Shown one piece after another: positions 50,706 through 63,663 of a DNA stretch of 64,000 nt. Position 1 is the stretch's first letter. Every line of letters starts with the position of its first letter. Source of the stretch: Pristiophorus japonicus (taxonomy: Eukaryota); assembly GCF_044704955.1 (NCBI RefSeq), contig NC_092001.1, positions 19,530,001-19,594,000 of the forward strand. Direction: 5' to 3'. Made by a program: the position numbers and the translations under genes. A model generated the notes under the pieces. That model ran no database searches and was not told the origin of the DNA. It saw only the letters and a list, made by a program, of their open reading frames with translations.

Positions 50706-51029
50706 CCTCGGCACTAATTGAGTATGTCTGGGTCAGTGCTCGCTTTCACAATCCACTGTATCTTCAGTGAAGTCCTATTTATGTCCAGCACTGTCCTACC
50801 AGCACAGTTTAATATGGATAAACTGATCATTATTCATTGATCAGTTGGTAATTTCATGAACTGTTCACGGGTTGCTCTGTGAAATATATAACACCAGTGC
50901 ATTTATAAAGAGTGAACAATATCCATTAATACATTTATCATTTTATGAAGATCCATTGTGGTTTTACTTTGCCTCTGCGATGTGAATATTTAAACTAATG
51001 TTGGATTGCTGTCTGTTTTACGCAGTGCC

Positions 51030-51116
51030 GGTTATTGTGTGACCCAGCCCCGGGAATGTAACTCTGTGACTTTCTCGACTACTGGGTACAAGACACCATG
51101 GTGACAGTGACAACAG
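51030..51116 (+). pseudogene. IGHJ: JH (51069-51116, FLDYWVQDTMVTVTT) with 23-RSS
   Basis: GGTTATTGT-23-CTCTGTG; gtaag donor at 51117; WGQG motif altered to WVQD. Confidence 0.93.
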
Positions 51117-51450
51117 GTAAGAAACATTCACTCTTTCTGCATCTGTGGAATTTGTGTCTTTATTGTATATTTCTGTTTATTTCAATAATTCACTGATTTG
51201 CTGGGTTCAGTACTGAGATTTGTTGCTATGTTTCATTTGATTCTGCTGCAATGCTTTTATGGAATGAAACTGCTTCTCCACAGAACATGTTGCTGAGGGA
51301 TTGATCCCCAGATTGGTGTGATTTGGTGTTTATCTGCCGATGGGACTCTGTGCCTGGGTTACTTTAAACACCCAATGGTTGATAAATCCTTTGGTGTTTC
51401 TGCAATGCTTAGTCTCTGCAACATCTAATTGCTGCATATTTTCTGATCAA

Positions 51451-51458
51451 ATGCAAAT
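51451..51458 (+). promoter_or_regulatory. Octamer motif in the J-C intron (candidate intronic enhancer element)
   Basis: ATGCAAAT ~335 nt downstream of JH. Confidence 0.35.
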
Positions 51459-54400
51459 ATTATATTTAAATGTGTTTGAAAGGTGTTTCTGGGCAGAAAC
51501 ATAAAGCTTTAGATGTTATAAGTAAATGTAAGATATTTTATTGTGTTTTATTTTTTGATAATTGCAATGTCATTTATTGATCAAAAGTTGACGAATGCTC
51601 ATATACGTGAAATGTTACTGTAATGAAGAACTATATAATTAATATTTTTGTGATATGAATCAGGTTGAACTTAATACAAATTAATAGAAATAGCACGCAA
51701 TAGCACAACAATATCCTATATCAATATTAATTGATTAACATGATCCGTCTAATCACAATTCTGCTCTCATTATTTTATATTTATATTTATTTCAATAATT
51801 AATTCGTTCAGTGATAGACGATTTCGCTTAATTCTGCATTGACATGTTTTGGCAATGTTACATTTGATTCCGCTGAAACTGTTTATACAATTAAGCTGCT
51901 TCTCCACAAAACATTCTGTTGTTGTATTCAGCCGCTCAGTGCTGTGGTTTGCTGTTTATCTGCTGAGCAGAGAGTGTGCCTGGGATACTTTGAATAACAA
52001 AACTTTTGTGAAACTGTTCGGCTTTCGTGCGATGTTTATCTCAATGACATCAAACTGCTGCAAGTTTTTATGATCCGTTTAAAACTGTTTCAAAGATAAT
52101 TGTAGGCAGCCAAAAAGTAGGTTTTATAAATCAAAAATCGTCACTAAATAATGTTCTCCATCTTATTATTTAAGTGAGAAATACAGGTTCAACTATAATC
52201 TATGATTTATGGTGCACACATTTAATCCATGAAATGTTGCTGTAATTTCGAATGATACGATTAAAAATTTGCAGGTTGAAGGGGAGTTAAATAAATATAA
52301 CTCAAACAATTATAATGCGGTAATATTGCCCAATATCACTAAATATGCGATGCAATTAATATTCTTGTATTAACCATTATTCGCATCCCACAATTCTGCT
52401 GCGCACTGGTCCCAATTAACGTGAGCAGAAAATTTTAGAGGCTGGCGACAATTTCTGATTAGGTCTGAAATGATTTTAATAGCAGCATACTGATTCCACC
52501 GCAGTTCAAGGAGGGTCTGAAATTAATTATCTCCCTGTTTTAAACAGATCCACAACAGATTGTATTCAATTATCAATTAAATGCGAGTTGTAAATTACAG
52601 TTTGTAAATGTCATCAATCTGACGAGTTATTAAATTCTAAAATTATGTAATTTCTTCAATTAAATTTTTTGTTTCATAGCGAGACAATTATCATTAAACT
52701 AATCTGTACCGTTTGTAAGATGATAGCCTGAGCGTTAGACGTCGCTGGCAGTCAGAGCATTGTTCATATGATTCTATTTAAATTCAAGGAAAGTTCAGGC
52801 TGACAGACACACAAACCATTCAACGTCAAGCTGATTAATTTAATTACCATAAGGTCAATGTTATTTTTGAATTGAATAACAACATCCAGTCTCCCTTAGC
52901 TGTGCTGCAAATGGGGTAGAATTATAGAGAGTGAACACATTACATTTAAGAGTTATGGTTAACTGTGGTTCACGTTAAATTGATCACAAAATACTCTCCT
53001 CCATTTGCTCATGAAATGTCAGTGTCGCAGATGGCCTGAATGAATTCTTCCCCGCCAATATTACGTTGATCATTCTGGAAAGTAGTTTCAATAAATAGCT
53101 TAATAATTAATTTACGGGCATTGTGTGAATTACAGGAGTAAAATATAAAAAAAGATTCTCTATGTTATTAAATAGCGGAGTCTATGTTACCGACTGCACA
53201 CTTGTCTGTTGCCTGTTACTTCATAAAATATATTTTACAGGTAAGAATGAGGATAATGTTTAAACTGGAGGGCCCTGATTTAGAAAACATATAGCGTTAC
53301 AGCCCATCGATAGTTAGTGAGATGAAACAACGGCCAGACATTGAACTATTTAAAATAGTCCACTCCTAAATCCATCATGTGAAATCCACTCTGAGAAAAG
53401 AGGGAGTTTATGTTGTATCAGAGAGTTCAGAAACATGCAGAGTTTACATGTGTTGCTAGAGAGCGGGAATATATTGGAAGCTCCTGATCATTTTAACTTA
53501 TTCAAATTTGATTTTAATGAAGTAAACATAATATATTAGTCTGAATGTCTTCATCTTTTAATATGATTCTTAATATGTTAAAATTGATAAGTGATATTTA
53601 ACTTAACTGAAACGCTAATATGTCACACGTTACGAAGCAGGAACAGGATTAAAATGAATATTAACTAATTTTATTATAATGCAGTATTAGATCAGCAAAC
53701 ACCAATATTACTTTAGAGTATAATATCAGTGTGAACTCATTAACCATTAATGACCTCCCACAATTGCGTTGTATAGGATTACAGTTACTGCAACATCTCT
53801 AGGTTTGGCGAGAATTTTAAATTAAGTCAAAGATTAACTTAGTAAACAATACTTGTCTTACTCAATATGAATAAGGTGTCGCCGCAGATTTTAATGAATT
53901 AACTTCGTGTTTTGCCTCGATGATTTTACAGGTTATATTTAATTATGAAATTATATTGAAGCAGTGGCTAATCGCTTTTCAATGTAACTGTTTCCTGATT
54001 TGTTAAATTCCTATTCTGAAAGGGAGTCCCGATTAAATGCAGCAAATTACCATGGAATGAAGATTATTTCGATATAATTGTTTTCAGGATTTGTACAATT
54101 GTAGAGATGGAGGGAGACATGATTGGAAGTCGAGGAAAGTTTTCCAAATTAATATCAGTTTAATTTTTTTTTAAACGTGCACTTTTGAGATGATCGGAAA
54201 TTGACAAGAGATCAATTGTAAATCAGCTTTATTGAAACTGACAGATGGCACCGATCTATCTGCTGAGAGCAAGATTGTGCCTGTTCTCTTTCAGTGCGCC
54301 TGCTCACTGTGTGAGAATCAGGAGCCCTCCTGCTTGGCTGTAAGCCTTCCGGTTTGTCCTCTTGTATTTTGTTGAGTACAATTCGACTCATTTATTTCAG

Positions 54401-54529
54401 AAGCTTGTATCTGTGAAAAATGTGACAGTTTCAGGTTAATTTTGAGAAGGCATCTCACAATAGGGACCAATAACGCAATTTGTGGCATTCAGAAGCAGAA
54501 GTTCAAAAACACTTCTTTTAAACTGTTGA

Positions 54530-55480
54530 AGGAGCTTTAATCAGTATCTAACCCGTGTTATACCTGTCCCGGGAGTCCTGATGGGACAGTGTTGAGAGAG
54601 CTATACTCTGTATTTTAACCCGTGCTCTACCTGCCCCGGTACTGTTTGGTGCGACAGTGTAGAGGGAGCTTTACTCTGTATCTAACCCCCTGTACCTGCC
54701 CTGGGAGTGTTTGATGGGACAGTGTCGAGGGAGCTTTACTCTGTATCTAGCCCCTTGCTGTACCTGCCCTGGGAGTGTTTGATGGGAGAGTGTAGAGGGA
54801 GCTTTACTCTGTATCTAACCCCGTGCTGTACCTGCCCTGGGAGTGTTTGATGGGACAGTGTAGAGAGAGATTTACTCTGTATCTAACCGGAGATACCTGC
54901 CCTCGGAGTGTTTGATGGGACAGTGTCGAGAGAGATTTACTCTGTATTTAACGCATGCTGTACTTGCCGTCGGAGTGTTTGATGAGACAGTGTCGAGGGA
55001 GCTGTACTCAGTATCTATCCCATGCGGAACCTGCCCTGGGAGCGTTTGATGCGGCAGTGTGGAGGGAGCCTTACTCTGTATTTAACCATTGCTGTATCTG
55101 CCCTGGGACACTGGGAGTGTTGGATGGGATCGTGCAAAGGGAGAATTTATTCTGTATCTAACCCGTGTTGTAGCTGCCCTGGGTCAGTCTGTTCGTGCAA
55201 TGTATAAGGAGCTTAACTCTGTATTTATCCCGTGCTGTAACTGTCCCGTGACTCTTTCACAGGACAGTGTAGAGGCAACATTTACTCTTTATCCAACTCG
55301 TGTTCCATCTGCCGTGTTAGTGTTTGGTGGGACAGAGTAGATGGAGCTCTGCTCTCTATTTAACTAGTGCGCTACCTTATCTGGACTGTTTGACAGTGCA
55401 GTATTGACATGGCTTTTCTCGAAATCAATCCCTTGATACAGCTGAGCATAGAATGCAGAGGGAGCTTTACTCTATATTAT
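54530..55480 (+). repeat. ~67-bp minisatellite array in the J-Cmu1 intron
   Basis: Unit ctgggagtgtttgatgggacagtgtagagggagctttactctgtatctaaccccgtgctgtacctgcc, roughly 13 copies. Confidence 0.92.
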
Positions 55481-56219
55481 TTGTAATATAACAGAACTGA
55501 AAATGCTTTATCCAGGGGCATTCAAGGAGACTTAATTTGCAGCCAACTAATAAAGTTCGAGTTAGCAAGCCAGATATGTTCAAATAAATATTTCCATTGC
55601 TCCAATGAAACAACAATGCCTAAATTGAGTTTAACCTTATCGCAATATAACTGCTTCATTTTTGATGAATTGATAAACGTTTAACATTTTGAGTATTAAA
55701 TAATGATTGAATGAGATTGGCCTGATCTTGAGTTCAATTTCAGAACAAGCCGTTTCTGGAAAAGATTGAAATGGTCCAGAAAGCAGCGCCTGTTCTGATC
55801 TGATGGTAGGCTGGAAGTTAATTTGACAATTTAACTGGTGAATGTCGAACTCTTGCTTCAAATAACAATCATGGGAACGTTATGTTTGAAATCAGCATTT
55901 CGTTCAGTTGTTTTTTTTTAATGCACCAGCTAGGGACAGACGCAGGTCAGATGCAGTTTTTTGACTGGGTCACAACACAAGGCACACAGTAACTGAACTG
56001 CATTTCTGTGAAGCATTTAAAGAGATACATTCAGCCTGCGATGAATTGCCATTCACAATAATATTTCAGACTCTGTAACGGTATCCAATTGAATCGTTTG
56101 AGCCAAATTTCTCAGATCCTTTATTTTAAATGTCCCATTTCACTATAACAGACAATAAACACAGATCTGATAGTGGTGTTCAACATGATGAAGCGTTTCT
56201 AGAACCTAACCCTCTCTTT

Positions 56220-57170
56220 TAAAAAATAATCCCCTCCTTTTCCCTCTCGTTCTTTTGCCAATTATTTTAAATCTGTGACCTTTGGTTAACGACGTAATCA
56301 CCATTGGAAATCTTTTCTCCTGACTTGCTTTGACAAAACCTGTCTCAATTTTGAATACCTCTATTAGGCCTCAATTCATTTTCACTGCTTTAATACACAA
56401 TCGCAGATTTTCTAATCTTTCCACCTAACTGAAGCCTCTGGTCCTTTATATAATTCTGGGGCCTTGTCATCCATTCTAAATTGTGGAGGTCAGAATTGTA
56501 TACACTACAGCATCCGACGTCTAACCAGTGATTTGTAAAGGTTTAGCATGACACCCGTGATTCTGTATTCAAGGCCCCTTTTACAATGGCAATAACGCAT
56601 ACAATTTCGTAACCTTCTTATCAACTTGCCCAGCCACCTTCAAAGAAATGTGAATATGTACTCCCAGGACTCTCTGCTCTGGCACCTCCCTCAAATTAAT
56701 GCCTGTTAGATTATATTGCCTCTACATGTTGTTCCTCCAAAATGCATTAAATTGTATCTGGCATGTGCCTGCCCATTTCACCAATCTGTCGATGCACACT
56801 TGAAATCCGCTGCTATCCTGCTCACACATTCCCACGTTGTCAAGTTTGCATCATTCGTGAACTTGTAAACTGTATTCCCTATAAACAAGTCCAGGTAATT
56901 TATATATATAACAGGAAAAGCAATGTTGCTCATACCGACCAAAGGGCGACCCCACTACTTTTCCGTCAGAAAAACATCTGTTCACCACTGCTCGCTGCCT
57001 CCTCTCCCGCAGCCAATTAAATACCCAAGTTACCTCCATCCCTTCAATCACATGTGCTTCTATTTTCCGAATCATTCTTTTATGAGATACTTTATAAAAT
57101 GTCATTTGAACATCGATATATACCACATCTGTTGCAACACCATCATCGACCCTCTCTGTAATTTTACGGT
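56220..57170 (-). mobile_element. Degenerate CR1 fragment
   Basis: VYID...FYKVSHKRMIRKI, WVFNWLRERRQR. Confidence 0.75.
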
Positions 57171-57469
57171 ATAGACCGAGATTTCAGTATTTGACCAATA
57201 AGCCACAGGTGTTTCAGTAATCCGCACTAACCAGAATCGAGAGTTACCCATATCAGCAGTAACCAGGTTCATTAACCTTTGTCCTTCCTAGCATAGACCC
57301 GGCTGATAACCAATCGATTTATAATGTTTAAGGTTTGCCAATATTAGGTATTTAGCGAAGAAAACCTGTACTGATGTTTAGATTATTTTCGGTTCGAACA
57401 ACACAAAGAAGAGACTGCAACGACCCAGAAAGCAGTGCATGTTCTCACTGGCAGGAGGCTGGAGAATAA

Positions 57470-58165
57470 TTTGTAAAATTAAATGGAGCTTTTAAAGAGC
57501 ATCGTTCCATATAACCAGCTTTGGGAACCGTACATCATTCGGATTATTTCATGGAGTGATTCGGAAGAGGAAGATCAGGAGACATCCAATCAGTAACAGG
57601 GGACAGATCACAACTCATACTGCATCGCTCTTCCTCGAATTCTGAGCAGGAAAGAGATAGGCCCGAATCAATCCCGATTGAGATCAAACTTGAATCCTAG
57701 ATATCAGGCTGCGCAAAAGTTCCCGGTTCAAATCTGAGCGCTGAAGTAATCAATTCACATTTTAAAGGAGACTTCAACCATTTATTGGAACGTCCTATAT
57801 TTTCCTGGGAACAAAGAAGATTTAGAAGAATTCTGATAGAGGGGTTTTGGAAATATGAAGGGTTTTATGAAGGGATTCGGGAAACATATTTCCCCAGGTC
57901 GGTGAGTTGGTGAGTAAATGGCACTGATTGAATATCTGCAGCAAAGGAATGAAGGGAGAGGGTATTATTGTATTATTCTACATAGGTGCTGTTGGGACAT
58001 GAGTTGTCCTATCAGAAAGAGGGCTGCATGCAGAATCCATAACAGCTTAATAAAATTGAACGTTTGAGAAGAAGATTGGGAATTGGAAGGTGAACGGAAT
58101 TGGTGGAGAGATCGTACAGAGGCGTGATGGGCCGAATAGCCTCCTTCCGTGATTTGAAGTTGTAT
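57470..58165 (+). mobile_element. Highly degenerate CR1 3' fragment
   Basis: 3' end tgatgggccgaatagcctccttccgtg. Confidence 0.5.
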
Positions 58166-58923
58166 GACTTTATCTGTCTCGGTCATGTTTATAAACATGC
58201 CAGGATTTAAAAAAAGTTAATACAACTAGTAGATCTTGCTGTAGAAGTTGTGAGATTAGGATAATTCACCCCACCGCTATTCAACCAAGTGTATCCCCTG
58301 AAAACAATACTTGCATTTATATAGCGCGTTTAACGTAGTGAAACGTCCCAAGACGATTCATAAGAGCTTAAGGAGGTAAAATTTGATATCAGGCCACATA
58401 AGCAGTTTCCTTTAGTATGGTCAGCAGTGATTCTGGCGATTGACCAACATCTTGGTCCAAGAGGTTAGTTTAAGCAGCATCTAAAAAGTGGAGAGTTGAC
58501 TTCACTTTAATATCATGGAATGGCCTGATTCCGTGCTGCTAATAAGATTCTGAGAGCAAAAGGATGCAGGGAGGAACTCAGAATATATAATGTGAAATAA
58601 TCTACTGTAAAAGTGATTGGGGATTGAGGGGAGAGTTCCATAATAGCAGGAAGAAGTCCACGATACAATATTCCAGCATTCACTCCGTACAAAGGAGCCT
58701 GCTGGGCAGAATGCCCCTTTAAGTCTCGTGACTATACTTATGTACAAGACTGGAGTTACGTGGAGGCGTTTCACGTCGGGTCTCATAACTCCTAGTAATT
58801 CAAATGTTGACGGAGGGTATGATCGGTAAATGATGGATTTAGTTCACCACGTAGTGAAACGTTTAGTTGTTTGGTTATATTATAAGCACTGATTACAGAG
58901 TCTGCTTGGCCAATCTTTCCCAG

Positions 58924-59223
58924 CGACACCATCTGCTCCCAAACTCTATGCCCTGCTCTCCTCCTGTGAACAACCCGACACTGGCGGCACCTTCACCTAT
59001 GGCTGCTTAGCGATGGACTACTCCACGGAAATCACCAGCCTTTCCTGGAGGACAGAAGAAGCGCCGCTCACCACTGGATTGAAGACCTACCCGTCAAACA
59101 TCAACAAGGATTGAGCCGACACACTGAGCAGCCAGTTAACCATCAGCAAGTCATTGGTGGGGAGTAGCGCAATCTACTGCGAGGTTCGACGAGGTGGCTC
59201 GGTCTGGGACGTAAAAATGCCAG
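58924..59223 (+). pseudogene. IGHM: IgM constant exon Cmu1 with in-frame stop (TGA 59112-59114)
   Basis: [17 protein letters not shown]...YGCLAMDYS...TTGLKTYPS...*...SSQLTI...IYCEVRRG; ag/gt boundaries; 300 nt. Confidence 0.95.
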
Positions 59224-59239
59224 GTGAGTTCTGTGGGAT

Positions 59240-60150
59240 ACAAGGAAGGCAAATTGTGAAAAGCAGAGATGATATGTTCAACTTCTATACAACCTTGGTT
59301 AGACCAGACTTTGAGTAATGTGCACAGTTCTGGTCTCCATCTTACACTTAGAGTCATTGCACAGCTCTGGTCTTCATATCACACAGCGAGTGCTGCGTAC
59401 AGGTCTGGTTTCCACATCATATTTAGAGTATTGTACACAGATAAGGTCTCCATAACATATTAAGAGTGCTGCATACACGTCTGGTCTCCATAACACATCT
59501 TAGTGTGCATTCCGATCTCCAAATCAAAATTCGAACACTGACATAGTTCTGGTTTCCATATCACACTCAGAGTACTACGCACATGCCTGGTCTCCATATC
59601 ACATATAGAGTAATGTACACTGCTCTAATCTCCGGATTATATCAACTGTAAAGTGCATAGTGCTGGTTTCCATATTATAAGAATGATACAGAGGCACAAG
59701 GACGACACCAGAACTGAAAAATTGCAACTGTGAATAATTGCTGAACGGAGTGGGATTCGTTTCTCCAGAAAAGGGAAGGCTGAGTGGTGATCAAATGGTG
59801 GTCTTTAAAATTATGAAGCGATTTAAAGGTTAAACGTAGATAAAATATTTTGCTTGAGCAGGAGCCCGATATTGGGGCCATAAATATAAGATATTCACTA
59901 ATAAATCCAATAGGGAGTCCAGGAGAAAGTTCTTCACCCAAGGAATTGGTAAAATATGGAACTCCCTGCCGCATGGAATACGAGGCGAATATCATAGATG
60001 CGTTTCAGGCGAATCTAGATAAGTACAGGAGGGAGAAAGCCATCGAAGATTATGTTGATAGCGGCTAGGCAACAGGGAGAGAGGAGGCCCATGTGGAACA
60101 TAAGCATAGGCCTGTTGGGCCTAATGGCCTGTTTTGGTGATGTAGATTAT
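59240..60150 (+). mobile_element. CR1 3' fragment containing an internal ~38-bp tandem expansion (59312-59680)
   Basis: LYTTLVRPD..YCxQFWSP region repeated, then CR1 sequence resumes. Confidence 0.7.
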
Positions 60151-60226
60151 ATGTTAAAAACCACTTTAAAGTTCTTAATTGTTTGGATTGTAACAAATAA
60201 TCGCCATAAAATGTATTTTCTTGCAG

Positions 60227-60527
60227 GTCGTGTGGTACATCATCCAGCTGTTATCCTTACCTTGAGTTCCAAGGAAGAAATCGCCAGAAGCAGATCTGCA
60301 ACCGCCGTGTGTTCAATCATCGATTTCCATCCAAAGTCACTGACCGTGAATTGGCTGAAGAATGGACAAGTTATGAAATCGGGCTTCATCATGTGAGGTG
60401 AATGGGAACTTCTCGGCGAGTCGTCGACTGACATTCTCCGCCGCGGAATGGTTCGCCCACTCAGTCTATACCTGCCAGGTCTCTCATCAAGGAATTACCC
60501 AAAACCGAACGATCACCAGATCTCCGG
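60227..60527 (+). pseudogene. IGHM: IgM constant exon Cmu2 with frameshifting ~11-nt deletion at ~60391
   Basis: HPAVILT.SSKEEI...[20 protein letters not shown] / [11 protein letters not shown]...[13 protein letters not shown]; exon is 301 nt. Confidence 0.93.
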
Positions 60528-60839
60528 GTAAGAGACACAGCCCCGGGAAGTTCCGGATCATTCTGAGCGCTGATCTCAGTCAGGGCTTTTATCGTTATTA
60601 GTAAAAAGCACAGAACTATTTCTCATTTCTAATCATACAATTTGTTTTTCCTTTCGGTGTAAGCCCTGACTTAGGATTCCTCACGGTTCATGATTCCGTC
60701 ACTTCGCCAACGTTTGCCCTCTGCTTGCCCTTAGTCTCAGCGTTATCCTGAGTTTCCTGAGCATATTGGGAGCGACAGTCGGTGTCTCCAGGCCTTTACA
60801 CTGTAAGGGCCACTGCTAGAAATTGCTAGAATGGTTGTC

Positions 60840-62125
60840 GACGAATAAAGGCACCTTGGACTGCATGTCCACAGATCCCTAAAGTTAGCACGCCAGCTTG
60901 ATAAGTGGGTTAAGAAGGCAGACGTTATATTTACCTTTATTAGTCGAGGCATGGAATAAAATAGCAAGGAGCTTATGCTTGAACTGTATAAAACACTTGT
61001 TAGGCCGCAGCTGGAGTAGCACGTGCATTTCTGGTCACCAGGTTACAGGAAAGATATTGCTGCACTGGAACGGGTGCAGAGGAGATTTACCAGGAAGTTG
61101 TCTGGGCTGGAGAATGTTGGCTATGAGGAAAGATTGGATAGGCTGGGTCTATTTTGTTTCGAACAGAGGAGACTGAGGGGAGACCTGATTGAGATGTATA
61201 AGATTATGAGGGGCCTTGATAAAGTGGATAGGAAGGACCTGTTACCCTTGGCAGATGAGTCAACAACCAGGGGACACAGATTTAAAGTAATTGGGGCGAG
61301 GTTTAGAGGAGATATGAGAGGAAATGTCTTCATCCAGAACGTAGTGTGGGTCTCGAAATCACTACCTGAAAGGGTGGTAGAGGCTGAACACCTCACTACA
61401 TTAAAAATAAATATTGGATATGCAATGAACCTACAGGGCTACGGACCAAGAGCTGGAATGTGGGATTAGGCTGGAATGCTCTTGTTTGGCCGGCATGGAA
61501 ACGATGGGCAAAAATTGCCTCTTTCCATGCCGAAAATGTCTCTGATTTTATGACCTGCCTTTTTAGAACACAGCATTCAGTTCTGGGCACCGCACCGCAG
61601 GATGGATAAACTGGCTTTAGAGCGGGTGCAATGCAAATTAACCCGAATGATACCGGGCTAAAACGGCTAAATGATTAGGACGGGTTAAGCTTGTATTCCT
61701 TTGTGTAGAATGTGAAGAGGCGATGTAATTGAGGTGTTTACGTTGATAATTGGAACTGATGTGGTAGATAGCGAGAATATATTTCCTCTGGTGCGGTACT
61801 TCAGGACCAGGGACAGAACCTTAAAAGTAGATCTTCACCATTCAGGGGTAATGTCAGGAAGGATAATTTCACACACAGTCTCGTGTACATCTGGAACTCT
61901 CTCCACCAACCTCCCCCCCCCCCCCCCACGGACCTCCCAAAGCTGTTGAGGGAAGGGGTCAATTGAACATGTCAAAACTGAGATTGATAGATCTTTGTTA
62001 GGCAAGGGTGTAAAGGGTTGCACAACCAAAGCGGGTAGATGGTGTTGAGGTAGATATCAGCCATGATCTGATTGAATGGCAGAACAGGATGGATGGGCTG
62101 AATGGACTTCTCCTGTTCCTATGAC
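60840..62125 (+). mobile_element. Two consecutive CR1 3' fragments
   Basis: HFWSPGYRKDIAALERVQRRFTR, TRGHRFK; second 3' end at ~62125. Confidence 0.85.
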
Positions 62126-62841
62126 ACTATTACTGTCCTGCATTTATATTTCTTCCTTACTCTCTCTCACTAGACATGATAAAAGCTCACTAATGACAGA
62201 AATATAACAAAAAACTACTTCACATCAGTATTGCAATTTATTCCACATGACAAAAGACCCGTTGAAATTCCCTTACCACGACCTTTTACTTCTGCTCTGC
62301 CGTGGGAGGGGCGGGGGCTGCGACTGGTTCCTGCACATTTTCATCAACCCCAAAATCACAAGACACCAGAAAATTAACTTTGTTTCCTGTTGCAACTATA
62401 ATCCTGGATTTGATTTGACACTCGTTTTGAACCAATGCAATTTCCATGTAGAGCTCTTCATCCTGGGGGTTGAGCCATTATATTGAGGGGAAATGCGTTC
62501 GCGCAGAAGGATCGATAGACGGGCGTAAAGGAGCAAGGATTTTCGGGACGAGCGCTATTCAGTGCATAACACAATTGCACCGAACGTTATTCAATGTTTT
62601 ATGTCGGGTCTTTGCCTCACAGCCGATCACAGGTGGCTCTGGGTGCAAATACACAGGAAATGTTAAAGAGACTCCCGGGATGGCTGCCAATTCGTTGTCC
62701 TTCCAATAATGATGGTTGTTAAGCAACAACGAGAGGTTAATATCTCAAAGGTGATTTATTCTACTTTTGGGAGTTAAGCAGAATGCTGCTATCCTGACTC
62801 TGGAGATGAAGCTTTGCTTGACTTTCATTTCTGCTTCACAG

Positions 62842-63147
62842 AAGATTCCTCGTGCAACGATCCAACAATCACTCTTTCGCCGCCGTCACTCGAGCATGTC
62901 TTAATGGAGGCGACAGTGACCTTAACCTGCATCGTGTCGAATGCTCCTTTTGGAGTCACCGTGTCCTGGGAGCGGAAAAAGGACATTTTGAAACCAGAGA
63001 ATCACGCTGAACAGGGAGAGGCCGATAGTGTGATCATCAAGTTAGACATCTCGACACAAAACTGGCTGAGTGGGATTGTGTTTGACTGCGTGGTGAGCCA
63101 TCGGGATATGCCGACTCCGATCAGAGGTTCCATCCACAAGGAAATGG
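62842..63147 (+). pseudogene. IGHM: IgM constant exon Cmu3 (open frame)
   Basis: [34 protein letters not shown]...[16 protein letters not shown]; ag/gt intact. Confidence 0.95.
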
Positions 63148-63663
63148 GTGAGCGGCGTGATTGTTGGAACACGTGAGAGGCTGTGACTATTCCCGGTCCT
63201 TGTACATGGGCCAATTCGTTCTAATAAGTATTTTAATAGATTACTTTGATAATTCAAATGGTAATCCCACGAACTAAATACTCTGGGATATGGGATGATG
63301 CATTTAAGGGGAAGTTAGATAATTGCAGGAGGGAGAAAGCAATAGAAGGACATATTGCGTGGTTTCGATGGTGAGCTGGGAGTAGGCTCGTGTGGAGCAT
63401 AAAAGTTGGTATAAATCAGTTGGCCGAATGGCCTGGTTCCTAGCAGTGAATCCTATGTAATTTTCCAGTACAACTCTTCAAGCTCCCAGAGAGAAGGATT
63501 TTATTCCATTTTGATCTGGGCTGAAAAACTGGACATGCCACAGAGGCGAAATTGTGAATCCTTAAAAATTCCGCGCAAACCACATATCTCGCGCATTTAA
63601 ACACCGGTGTCATTGTCTCTGGAAGTCTCCAGTTCATTGATGTTTATTGTAATTGATCTGCAG

